DNA of 64,000 nucleotides from Giardia intestinalis (Eukaryota). Made by a program: the position numbers and the translations under genes. The stretch is from the NCBI GenBank assembly GCA_000002435.2, contig CM018793.1, one strand, 5' to 3'. Numbering within the stretch: position 1 is the stretch's first letter; each line of letters begins with the position of its first letter. The notes below the pieces were generated by a model. The model was given only the letters and a program-made list of their open reading frames with translations. It was not told where the DNA came from and made no database searches. This document shows positions 31,421-41,858 of the stretch, in pieces.

Positions 31421-32335
31421 CTGGGCAAGCGGGTATCTCCCACCCTTGCATGGCTGAGATCCACAATCCACAATCCAGAATCCAGAAATTGAAATCTGAA
31501 GTCTGAGATCGGATGTCTTCGATCTCGGCAGGAGGAGAAGAAGTTTTGTTCTGCCGCTCGGGAGTCTCTGCTGCTTCTCGCGGTGTCTTCTGAGGATTCA
31601 TCCCATCCTTTGGCTCGTCGGGGTCACTACCGTTTGGCACCAGTGAGCACACACTATCTCAGGGTCCTGCGTCAGTCGCGACGGCAAGCTTGGCCTTGAG
31701 GGAGCAGCTGACCCTGGTCATGTACTCCAAGGTCTTGGTTCTCTATGATGAAGATCGCATGCCATGAACTTCGGGATATCAACCTCTAGTTCTTCGAGGT
31801 GCTTCTTCGTCTTCTCACGGATTGTATCATCGGTCCCGAGTATGATCAGAGGGTGCGCTCCCCGTGCGCCTCTATCTTGGAGTCATAGTACGCGTTTGTG
31901 GATGTCGATGGAGCACTCCCATGTGTTGTGTCGGGGAAGAGGCTCGGCCCTCTGCTCATGGATCGCAGTGCGCTCTTGCAGGTGGTCCGTCACTCAGCAC
32001 GAGATCATGTCGACGCTCACCCTGTGCAGTGCGTCTAGCTCAGTGATGTGTGGGCTCCATCCATCCTCGCATCACATGGTGTGCTTGGGGTGATGCTTCG
32101 GTCTGTCGAGGCGTCATCCAAAGCATCACGAGCGATCGGGACCGGTTCGCCGTTAGGCCGTCTCTCTCTACAACCGGCGCCCGTCTACTCGAGGGTGTCA
32201 GGCACTGCCAGCTGCTGTGGCAGATGCCCGGCAGGTGGCCCAGGTCACCACTCTTCGGTGCGGGCAGGATCAGTCCACTTCTGTCAGCCAGACACTCCAA
32301 GGATCCCGACTTGCCTGTCGAGGGATTCACATGGG

Positions 32336-32769
32336 TCACGTGTGGGTCCATCCTGGCCAGCTTGGCGAGTGATTGGTGCCATCACTGGCTTCGGCCCTCG
32401 GTTGTCTTGGGGGATCCTTGAGACCGGCCAGGAAGGAGGCCTCCTGCCCCTCAGTGCTCCTACACCCAGTGCTGACCGTCAAGCCATGTTGCTTCGCCAG
32501 GCCTGTCGCCTCTGTGACTGTCCCCATCGCGTCACTGTCGTCAATATAGACACTGAGTGGGGCATCTCCTTCAGTTCCTGGTGAGCAGGTTCTGTACCAC
32601 GCCGCACAGAAGCATGCGCAGGGCCCTGAGGGACCGAGTCCAGATACCTCGTGTGTCGCGGCCGAAGGAAGGCCTCGACGCAGCTCCTCGGGATGAGGGG
32701 TACACTTGCCTGGGCGAGGCCGTCTGCTGTTGGGGCTCTCGTTATGTCGAGCAAGACCGCTGTGCCCAT
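32336..32769 (-). pseudogene. Reverse transcriptase core, frameshifted (left-arm copy)
   Basis: Mirror of 41859-42292. V-Y-I-D-D is encoded at 32537-32551 on the minus strand. Confidence 0.55.
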
Positions 32770-34541
32770 CAGTCTGCGTCTCCCTGCACCGTGCGAACGC
32801 CGCCCATGTACATCCAGTGGAACGCAGTCTGCTAGGTCTCGAGGAAGGCCAGGGTCTGGGTCTCCAAGCGGCTCGGGACTACCTTGTGAAGCGAATCATG
32901 ATCGTCTGCTGATCGTGGTTGTCCTGTCCCATTCTTGGGGAAGGGCCAGGCGGAACCGTACGGAGCACGCATCCCATCCTATGGATCGCACTGAGGATCT
33001 CGTTGAAGGCCTGTTTAGGGGCCCCGGAACGCCTGCACCCGGATGGACTCGCCAGCGCAGGCCCGGGGACTTCGAGCCCCGCGGACTGGCCGTCCGTGCT
33101 CTCCGATGGCTGAGGGGGCTCTTGTCTCTCAGGGGCCAGGCCGTCCTGATCCGGCCCTCTGGATAGCAAGGTGCTGGTCGTCGGTGGCGCTGTCAGGGTG
33201 CAGCTCCCCCTCGAGGCGAGGCAGAGGCTGCAGGCCGGGCAGTAGGATGGTGATGCCGCTCCTCCGCTTCCCCGCTGTGTGAGCGAGGCGCGTCTCCTCG
33301 GCTCTCGACTGGAGCTCTGCGGGGTGGTAGGTACCCTCCCCTGAGCACGTTCGCACGACGGGTGCTGAAGAGGACGTCCTTCTCTATCCCCGTTGCCCCA
33401 CTCAGTAGCACCCTACATCCGGTGTCTGTGCTGTAGTGCGTCTGGACGGCCTCGCCGCGGAGGGTCTTCGCGCAGGACAGGCACGTGCTCTTCCGCTCCT
33501 ACTACTTTGGCGTTCGCCCGGTGCCGCTCCAGCGCAGAGTGCTCCTCTCCGTCAGGTTCCTAAGGTCCTCGTTCTCGCTGTGATACCTGATCTATCCCTC
33601 TTGAGGGGTGGGGTTCACGGTGCACTGGTGCGTGTCCGGGGCGACGTCTCCCTTGTAGAGTTCTGCAGGTTCCACGACCCTCTGGGGATAGCCAGCGACT
33701 GGGACCCCTGTTTGAGGCTAGGGCTGGCCTGGCTCCACCGGGCCGCGAACAACTCAAGGGCGCTCTGGTGTTGCTGGTCTCTCAACCGCACAGACTTGGC
33801 CTGTCCTGGCAGATAGTTGGGGTCGTCCCTGAGCGCCTCCGAGGAGTCTGGGAAGCGCTCCGGTCCGATGCTTTCTGTCCGGGGCATCATGGCAGGCAAT
33901 GGTGAGGGCCCACGCGGGACACCGCGCTCGGGCGCCGAGACCTGGTGCGTGGGCTGGCACCGTCTGTCTGTCGCAAGGCTGCAGAAGGAGCTCAGACGGA
34001 GAGGGTTTCCCAAACGTGTTGCTCGAGGCCCTTCGAGAGTCGAAGGAGGCGTGATAGGAGACGCAGAAGTGGCCGAGTGGCTCCTCGTGCTGTGGATGAT
34101 GTAGGAGGTCCTCAAGGGTACAGGCCCGTAAGTGAACTCCGACATTCGTGAGCCAGTTCGTATAGTCAGTGATTGACCCTGTCGGGGCCAGGTGGTCTCC
34201 TGGAGAAACGGTCATTGAGAGCCTTGCCACCACGCAATCGTTCTTTGACACAGGGAGGTTCGGTGGGGGGAAGAGAATGTGGGAGTTCCCTTACTCTCGT
34301 CTCCTGGCCTCTTCGTTCACGTTGCTGGGCGCTTTCTTGGCGTTTCGCTCCAGGGTCCTAGGGACCTTCCTCAGTGGCGCCTCATGGGAGCAGTCGCGGA
34401 TTTATTGCTTACTGGGGACTGGACATCGGGGCCGTCAGCTTTCTGTTTGGGCTTCTTCTCCCGCCGGAACTGGACGACGTCTGATTTCTGAACTCTGGGT
34501 TCAGGTCTTGGCTGGAAGCAAGCAAAGGCCTGCTTGCCTAA

Positions 34542-34571
34542 GGTGGTGGTGGCTTGCACGGGAAGATCACA
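34542..34571 (+). repeat. 30-nt inverted-terminus core of the retroelement relic
   Basis: It reads ggtggtggtggcttgcacgggaagatcaca. It pairs as an inverted repeat with 31391-31420 about 3.1 kb away. Confidence 0.7.
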
Positions 34572-34666
34572 CTCAGACAGCAGGTGACAACCTCACCCCA
34601 ATGAAACAGAGAGAGTAAACCTTTTATAATAAAGAACTAGCCTTCATTATCATCGGCCGCTCGCTG

Positions 34667-34761
34667 TGGGGCGTGGTGCAGCGGGAGCATACTGACACTT
34701 GACATATTTGGCCGGTTTCCGGTTGTTGAGTCACGACCCGGGTTCGACTCCCGGCGCCTCA
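34667..34761 (+). tRNA. tRNA-like Pol III gene or pseudogene, isotype undetermined (left-arm copy)
   Basis: The acceptor stem TGGGGCG/CGCCTCA has 7 bp including one G-U. The D-arm is GTGC-AGCGGGA-GCAT. The T-arm CCGGG-TTCGACT-CCCGG is canonical, giving a perfect B box GGTTCGACTCC, and there is an A-box-like TGGTGCAGCGG. The discriminator is G, and a TTTT run lies at 34772-34775. The gene is 95 nt because ~26-31 extra nt in the anticodon region form their own hairpin (GGCCGG-TTT-CCGGTT). I could not place a clean 7-nt anticodon loop with U33. Confidence 0.45.
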
Positions 34762-35796
34762 GTTGTTCGCCTTTTCCCCTTCTGTCCTTTCTCCGCATCC
34801 CTGAGAGGCCACGTTTTAATCTTATTAACCTTAATAGGTGCCCAGTCCACAGGTCGGCGCCTCTGCATGCGGCGAGAAGGCTACTAGAAATCGCCGGTAA
34901 TGCCGATCATTCCAACCTGCTCTATGGCGCGGCGGTAGCAGAGCCTGTCTGCGCCACGGCCACCCATCACATCGCAAATTGCGACTACTCGTTAAGGAGC
35001 AGCGCTTCTGGAAGTATGTTTGCATGGAAGTGGCCACGCTGCAATGATCTCAAGTCCCTAGGATTGCTCTCTTTTCAGGACAGAACAAAGTTACGGAAGA
35101 TGAAGCCAGATATGCTGATGAATTCTGCAACAGACCCCTTGTGTCTGTAAGCAAAGCATCGACACCTATGTGCTCTGGGCATTGTGATATGAGGCGTAGA
35201 AAAGCCGCAATGCATCCCAAGTCACGGTGTATTGCTCTCGAACTGCCCGCTTAGTTACTCCACGACGTGAGGTAACATATGGCTCTTCACGCTTATATAC
35301 TAATCGGTGTAAAGTCGCGCTACAGAACCTCTGCGCTAATGTTGGCGATCTCCTAAAACCGCAACCCACCAGTTGAGGCAGCGAGCCTGAAAGCCAGACC
35401 ACCATGGTATCCCGGCGTGTGCTGTGTGCCGCTTGCTGAGGCTTTCACTATGGATTCTGTGCTCAAGTGGAATCGTACTCACCTTTACTTTGAGCCGGCC
35501 GAGACTCCGTGCCCTAGCCACTGCAGGCTAGAATAGTACCCCGTCGGCCGGCCGGGCGGAGAGCACCTAGCTACATGAGTCGTTGCCTTAGAGAATTGGT
35601 ATACTGCTTTGTTCAGTCATTCTTACTACTTTGTCGTTTTCAAGTAAAACATGCTTTAAATGGCTCTGGTAATTGTAATGTGTTCCCAACCGTAAATATT
35701 ACTTGTTAGCTTTCATTTTCGCAAGTATCTAGCTTCGACATTTTTGTACCATTACCATCGAAAATAATTTGAGTAGCTTTGCTTTCATAAAAATCC

Positions 35797-38700
35797 ATGA
35801 CAATGCACGACCCTGACCAGCTGAGTCAACCAACTGAACCCCTACGAGTGGACCAATGTAATCCTGTGGCGTGCGGTGTCATTGGAACTGTTTATTCTCT
35901 TAAAAATTATCCTGACGCTGTGGTCAGGGAAATCAAAATCGGCGACCTTCCTCCGGATATTATGACAGCTTTGGAGACAGAAATAGACATTCTGCCTCGA
36001 CTCGCACATCAAAACGTGCTTGAGTATCATCAAGTTTTAACAGCCAAGGATGTAGTCTACATTTGCTTACCCCGTTATTGTTGGACCCTCTCTGCAATAA
36101 TTGCTATTTCCGATATAAAAAACAAGCGTTTTTCCGAGCAGACTGTCTGCATTATATTTGGTCAGATTGCTTCTGCTCTGGCATATCTCCACGATCCAAA
36201 TAAATGTGATATCAAGGGAAATCCCCTCCCAGTCTTTATTCACCAGGATCTCAAGCCAGACAGTATCTTGGTCAGCGCAGACGAAACTCAATATGTTATT
36301 ACAGACTTTGGATTCTGTAGAGAAGACCTAGATAGAGGATCTGTTGTTTTGGGTGTGCCTGAATATGCTGCTCCCGAGGCGCTTATTCTTAAAAAGTATA
36401 CTTCTGCCTCTGATGTATGGAGCTTAGGCTGTATTGTTTATGAACTTATAACTTTAAAAAGGCCTAACTTTGTAGGAACTCGCAAACCAGCCGAAGTTTT
36501 TGTCGATGATTGGAGTCCTAACTTAAGTGCTATCAAGAGTACGTTTCTGAAAGAAATGCTCAGACGCATTTTTGTTGTTAAGCCTGAAAATCGTGTCTCG
36601 GCTAAGGAGCTTGCAGAAATACTTGAGACGTGGAAAAGCTCACGCTATATAATTAGAGAGCTTAAGCACAAGGAGCAACAAATAAAGTGGAATCAGATGC
36701 TCATCGATCGTTCTAAGAGATTAGAGGAAAATTGCAGACAGTTGAAAGCAACGCTAGAAGATTCCAAAGCAGAAGTTAGAAACCAAATAGATACTATAGC
36801 TAAACTTGAAAACCAGAGTAACGAGTCTTCTTTGAGAATTAAACTATTGGAAAAGGAGATTGCTACCTTGAGAAGAACTATAGCATATCTAAGTCCCACT
36901 ACTGAAAGCGCCTCGTCAACTACTCTTATAGATGCTGTGAAAAACAATAGTATTGATTCAGTTAAGTCATTGGTCCAAAACTTAGAAGGACTTGGCCTCC
37001 GTGACGCTACGGATACGACAACTCTTATGTGCGCTGTTCACCAAGGAAAGTCTGAACTTGTTGAGCTTTTGGCAACTCTAAAAATGGGACTGCAGGATAA
37101 TAATGATAGAAATTCTCTTATGCATACTGCGATTCATGATTATCTCCAGGTTTCCAAGATTCTTCTCCCACATGAAACAGAGATTAAAGATGGCAACAAT
37201 AACACAGCCGCGATTCTCACTGCAAAGGAAAGGCATGGAGATATTGTGGATCTTTTCACTTTCTTGAACAAGGATGGTACTACAGCGCTTATGCAGGCAG
37301 TGCTACAAAATAATATTAAAGCAATAGATGTCCTCATTCCCCTCCAAAAGGGCGCCAGAGATAATAAGGGCATGACGGCACTAATGTATGCTGCTGCGAA
37401 TGGTCATACAGATGCCGTGCGTTTTCTTCTTGAGTACGAGAAAGGAATAAAGGACAAAAATGGTCATAATGCACTTTGCCATGCTCTTAAAAATAATCAC
37501 CTAGAAATTGCTAATAGTATTCTTCAGCATGATGATCCTACTGACACCGAAGGAGTTACAGCACTTATGCGAGCAGCCGCGAATAACAATGTAGCAATTG
37601 CAAGGCTACTTTTGCCAATACAAAAATGCCTAAAAGACAATAAGGGAGCAACTGCACTCATGCACGCAGCTAAAGCAGGTAGACTAGAGATGGTTGACTT
37701 GCTCGCTGAGTACGAGTCCAAGTGCAGGGATAATAATGGTCAGACCGCACTTATGTATGCAGCTTCTAATGGCTATTTTCAAGCAACTAAGGCTCTTCTA
37801 AAGTACGAGGTACAAATGAAGGATAATTATAATAACACTGCGCTCTCCTTGGCTATTAAACACAGACACACAGAGATAACTAAGCTTCTTCTTTGGTACG
37901 AAAACGATCCTTCTTGGACTGCTCTCATGTGCGCTGCGGTTACTGGTGATTTTGAAACAGCTAGGAGGCATATCAGTGAAAGAGATCTAGTGGACAATAA
38001 TGGGAGAACAGCTTTAGATCTTGCTAAGGAAGCAGGACATGGATCAGTTATTGAAATTCTTGACCATCTGGATGAAAAGGGTTTTACAGCTCTCATGCGG
38101 GCTGCTGCGCAAGGAGACCTGGATATGGTAAAGGTTCTCATTCCTGTTCAGAAGGGCATGCAAACTGTTACAGATGGAGAATGCTCTTGTAAAAATGATA
38201 AGTACTGGTTCAATAAGGGCACAACGGCACTTATGCTTGCTGCCCACTATGGTCATGTAGACATTGTAAAGGAGCTTGTGAAGCATGAGTACAATGTGCA
38301 CGATACTCGTGGCCGAACTGCTCTCATGATAGCCGCTGCATGGGGGAAGATTAATGTTGTAAGGGATCTTATACCTTTTCAAAAAGGGATGCAAACCACT
38401 GGTGATGGAGAATACGAAGCTGGGGAGCAGGGATTTTGGTTTAATAAAGGCTCTACAGCACTTATATTTGCCTCAAGACATTGCAGACTAAACGTTATCA
38501 AAGAACTTATAGAACATGAAAGCCGAATGCATGATGAGTTTGGTGGAACCGCTCTCATGTGGGCTGCACGACATGGACACACCCAAGCTATTTCACTCCT
38601 AATGGAGAGGGAAGGTCGAATGCAGAATGAACGAGGGTGGACAGCTCTGATGTGGGCTGTGCATAGTATTAAGTTAGAGGCTGTGAAGCTACTAATAGAG

Positions 38701-38907
38701 TATGAAAAGGGAATGAAGAGTACACGTGAATCAGAAACTATTCAGCATAATTCAAGCAGTCTTTCTGTTATTTTCAATGTAATACCGGACTCCTTTCCCT
38801 CGGGCTCAACAGCACTTGCGATAGCTAAGAAATGCAGCAAACTATTCGTTGGAAATTATCACCCCATTATCAATCTTCTTTCTCAGTATCCTGAAGAACG
38901 TTATTAG
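35797..38907 (+). CDS. NEK-type protein kinase fused to a coiled coil and ~18-20 ankyrin repeats (Giardia 21.1-like architecture)
   Basis: This is a 1036-aa ORF. Kinase motifs are HQDLKPDS, ITDFGFC, YAAPE and DVWSLGCIVYEL. The VAIK position reads VVREI, so Lys is apparently Arg. A coiled coil spans aa ~290-360. It is followed by tandem ~33-aa repeats of the form G.TALM.AA..GH...V..L. It is the only gene in the palindrome spacer. Confidence 0.9.
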   Translation: MTMHDPDQLSQPTEPLRVDQCNPVACGVIGTVYSLKNYPDAVVREIKIGDLPPDIMTALETEIDILPRLAHQNVLEYHQVLTAKDVVYICLPRYCWTLSAIIAISDIKNKRFSEQTVCIIFGQIASALAYLHDPNKCDIKGNPLPVFIHQDLKPDSILVSADETQYVITDFGFCREDLDRGSVVLGVPEYAAPEALILKKYTSASDVWSLGCIVYELITLKRPNFVGTRKPAEVFVDDWSPNLSAIKSTFLKEMLRRIFVVKPENRVSAKELAEILETWKSSRYIIRELKHKEQQIKWNQMLIDRSKRLEENCRQLKATLEDSKAEVRNQIDTIAKLENQSNESSLRIKLLEKEIATLRRTIAYLSPTTESASSTTLIDAVKNNSIDSVKSLVQNLEGLGLRDATDTTTLMCAVHQGKSELVELLATLKMGLQDNNDRNSLMHTAIHDYLQVSKILLPHETEIKDGNNNTAAILTAKERHGDIVDLFTFLNKDGTTALMQAVLQNNIKAIDVLIPLQKGARDNKGMTALMYAAANGHTDAVRFLLEYEKGIKDKNGHNALCHALKNNHLEIANSILQHDDPTDTEGVTALMRAAANNNVAIARLLLPIQKCLKDNKGATALMHAAKAGRLEMVDLLAEYESKCRDNNGQTALMYAASNGYFQATKALLKYEVQMKDNYNNTALSLAIKHRHTEITKLLLWYENDPSWTALMCAAVTGDFETARRHISERDLVDNNGRTALDLAKEAGHGSVIEILDHLDEKGFTALMRAAAQGDLDMVKVLIPVQKGMQTVTDGECSCKNDKYWFNKGTTALMLAAHYGHVDIVKELVKHEYNVHDTRGRTALMIAAAWGKINVVRDLIPFQKGMQTTGDGEYEAGEQGFWFNKGSTALIFASRHCRLNVIKELIEHESRMHDEFGGTALMWAARHGHTQAISLLMEREGRMQNERGWTALMWAVHSIKLEAVKLLIEYEKGMKSTRESETIQHNSSSLSVIFNVIPDSFPSGSTALAIAKKCSKLFVGNYHPIINLLSQYPEERY

Positions 38908-39865
38908 CCTTTTCGATAGCAGCGTCAATCCTCCACTTCGAGACATCAAAAAACATGCTGAGTTCGTTAGCTTTGGTTTCTCTGCCTTTATTAAAGCTAT
39001 AGCACATTTAAATAGAGAAGTGTTGAAGTAGTTCTCTAAGGCAACGACTCATGTAGCTAGGTGCTCTCCGCCCGGCCGGCCGACGGGGTACTATTCTAGC
39101 CTGCAGTGGCTAGGGCACGGAGTCTCGGCCGGCTCAAAGTAAAGGTGAGTACGATTCCACTTGAGCACAGAATCCATAGTGAAAGCCTCAGCAAGCGGCA
39201 CACAGCACACGCCGGGATACCATGGTGGTCTGGCTTTCAGGCTCGCTGCCTCAACTGGTGGGTTGCGGTTTTAGGAGATCGCCAACATTAGCGCAGAGGT
39301 TCTGTAGCGCGACTTTACACCGATTAGTATATAAGCGTGAAGAGCCATATGTTACCTCACGTCGTGGAGTAACTAAGCGGGCAGTTCGAGAGCAATACAC
39401 CGTGACTTGGGATGCATTGCGGCTTTTCTACGCCTCATATCACAATGCCCAGAGCACATAGGTGTCGATGCTTTGCTTACAGACACAAGGGGTCTGTTGC
39501 AGAATTCATCAGCATATCTGGCTTCATCTTCCGTAACTTTGTTCTGTCCTGAAAAGAGAGCAATCCTAGGGACTTGAGATCATTGCAGCGTGGCCACTTC
39601 CATGCAAACATACTTCCAGAAGCGCTGCTCCTTAACGAGTAGTCGCAATTTGCGATGTGATGGGTGGCCGTGGCGCAGACAGGCTCTGCTACCGCCGCGC
39701 CATAGAGCAGGTTGGAATGATCGGCATTACCGGCGATTTCTAGTAGCCTTCTCGCCGCATGCAGAGGCGCCGACCTGTGGACTGGGCACCTATTAAGGTT
39801 AATAAGATTAAAACGTGGCCTCTCAGGGATGCGGAGAAAGGACAGAAGGGGAAAAGGCGAACAAC

Positions 39866-39960
39866 TGAGGCGCCGGGAGTCGAACCCGGGTCGTGACTCA
39901 ACAACCGGAAACCGGCCAAATATGTCAAGTGTCAGTATGCTCCCGCTGCACCACGCCCCA
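39866..39960 (-). tRNA. tRNA-like Pol III gene or pseudogene, isotype undetermined (right-arm copy)
   Basis: Exact mirror of 34667-34761. Its 5' end at 39960 lies 1-2 nt from the retroelement terminus at 39962. Confidence 0.45.
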
Positions 39961-40055
39961 CAGCGAGCGGCCGATGATAATGAAGGCTAGTTCTTTATTA
40001 TAAAAGGTTTACTCTCTCTGTTTCATTGGGGTGAGGTTGTCACCTGCTGTCTGAG

Positions 40056-40085
40056 TGTGATCTTCCCGTGCAAGCCACCACCACC
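40056..40085 (-). repeat. 30-nt inverted-terminus core of the retroelement relic
   Basis: Mirror of 34542-34571. It pairs as an inverted repeat with 43208-43237. Confidence 0.7.
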
Positions 40086-41858
40086 TTAGGCAAGCAGGCC
40101 TTTGCTTGCTTCCAGCCAAGACCTGAACCCAGAGTTCAGAAATCAGACGTCGTCCAGTTCCGGCGGGAGAAGAAGCCCAAACAGAAAGCTGACGGCCCCG
40201 ATGTCCAGTCCCCAGTAAGCAATAAATCCGCGACTGCTCCCATGAGGCGCCACTGAGGAAGGTCCCTAGGACCCTGGAGCGAAACGCCAAGAAAGCGCCC
40301 AGCAACGTGAACGAAGAGGCCAGGAGACGAGAGTAAGGGAACTCCCACATTCTCTTCCCCCCACCGAACCTCCCTGTGTCAAAGAACGATTGCGTGGTGG
40401 CAAGGCTCTCAATGACCGTTTCTCCAGGAGACCACCTGGCCCCGACAGGGTCAATCACTGACTATACGAACTGGCTCACGAATGTCGGAGTTCACTTACG
40501 GGCCTGTACCCTTGAGGACCTCCTACATCATCCACAGCACGAGGAGCCACTCGGCCACTTCTGCGTCTCCTATCACGCCTCCTTCGACTCTCGAAGGGCC
40601 TCGAGCAACACGTTTGGGAAACCCTCTCCGTCTGAGCTCCTTCTGCAGCCTTGCGACAGACAGACGGTGCCAGCCCACGCACCAGGTCTCGGCGCCCGAG
40701 CGCGGTGTCCCGCGTGGGCCCTCACCATTGCCTGCCATGATGCCCCGGACAGAAAGCATCGGACCGGAGCGCTTCCCAGACTCCTCGGAGGCGCTCAGGG
40801 ACGACCCCAACTATCTGCCAGGACAGGCCAAGTCTGTGCGGTTGAGAGACCAGCAACACCAGAGCGCCCTTGAGTTGTTCGCGGCCCGGTGGAGCCAGGC
40901 CAGCCCTAGCCTCAAACAGGGGTCCCAGTCGCTGGCTATCCCCAGAGGGTCGTGGAACCTGCAGAACTCTACAAGGGAGACGTCGCCCCGGACACGCACC
41001 AGTGCACCGTGAACCCCACCCCTCAAGAGGGATAGATCAGGTATCACAGCGAGAACGAGGACCTTAGGAACCTGACGGAGAGGAGCACTCTGCGCTGGAG
41101 CGGCACCGGGCGAACGCCAAAGTAGTAGGAGCGGAAGAGCACGTGCCTGTCCTGCGCGAAGACCCTCCGCGGCGAGGCCGTCCAGACGCACTACAGCACA
41201 GACACCGGATGTAGGGTGCTACTGAGTGGGGCAACGGGGATAGAGAAGGACGTCCTCTTCAGCACCCGTCGTGCGAACGTGCTCAGGGGAGGGTACCTAC
41301 CACCCCGCAGAGCTCCAGTCGAGAGCCGAGGAGACGCGCCTCGCTCACACAGCGGGGAAGCGGAGGAGCGGCATTCACCATCCTACTGCCCGGCCTGCAG
41401 CCTCTGCCTCGCCTCGAGGGGGAGCTGCACCCTGACAGCGCCACCGACGACCAGCACCTTGCTATCCAGAGGGCCGGATCAGGACGGCCTGGCCCCTGAG
41501 AGACAAGAGCCCCCTCAGCCATCGGAGAGCACGGACGGCCAGTCCGCGGGGCTCGAAGTCCCCGGGCCTGCGCTGGCGAGTCCATCCGGGTGCAGGCGTT
41601 CCGGGGCCCCTAAACAGGCCTTCAACGAGATCCTCAGTGCGATCCATAGGATGGGATGCGTGCTCCGTACGGTTCCGCCTGGCCCTTCCCCAAGAATGGG
41701 ACAGGACAACCACGATCAGCAGACGATCATGATTCGCTTCACAAGGTAGTCCCGAGCCGCTTGGAGACCCAGACCCTGGCCTTCCTCGAGACCTAGCAGA
41801 CTGCGTTCCACTGGATGTACATGGGCGGCGTTCGCACGGTGCAGGGAGACGCAGACTG

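Larger units (their letters stand above)
31351..34665 (-). mobile_element. Degenerate YxDD retroelement relic (RT/RNase H) with inverted termini, left-arm copy
   Basis: Mirror image of 39962-43277; see that feature for motifs. It is bounded by the 30-nt cores at 31391-31420 and 34542-34571. Confidence 0.5.
26261..35595. repeat. Left arm (9335 bp) of the 22.1-kb palindrome
   Basis: It is the reverse complement of 39032-48367. Boundaries were set by direct base comparison at both ends. Mirrored ORF translations are identical, and spot checks of non-ORF stretches also match (for example 29581-29640 against 44981-45040). Confidence 0.95.

Noticed and set aside
26211-35521. About 60 ORFs of 60-178 aa in the left arm, with mirror-image twins in the right arm (39106-48432)
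   Set aside because: They overlap one another in all frames on both strands. Their translations are R/P/S/G/A-rich, and none has a recognisable domain as an intact ORF. This pattern is expected from GC-rich non-coding DNA with few stop codons. Only the frameshifted RT/RNase H remnant is reported.
39665-39725. Second tRNA-like start (GGCCGTGGCGCAGACAGG...) in the inner part of the arm
   Set aside because: It has a D-arm-like hairpin only. There is no T-arm, no complementary 3' acceptor strand and no B box.
40395-40415. PBS-like TGGTGGCAAGGCTCTCAATGA, which could pair with a tRNA 3' end
   Set aside because: It is not adjacent to any LTR-like ...CA end, no direct LTR pair was found, and no matching tRNA is available to test it.
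41216-41290. Retropepsin-like string LLSGATGIEKDVLF upstream of the RT (cf. DSGA active site)
   Set aside because: The catalytic Asp is absent and there is no second supporting motif. Inverted termini and the HINxLEL-like RNase H fit DIRS-type elements, which lack a protease. I treat it as coincidence.
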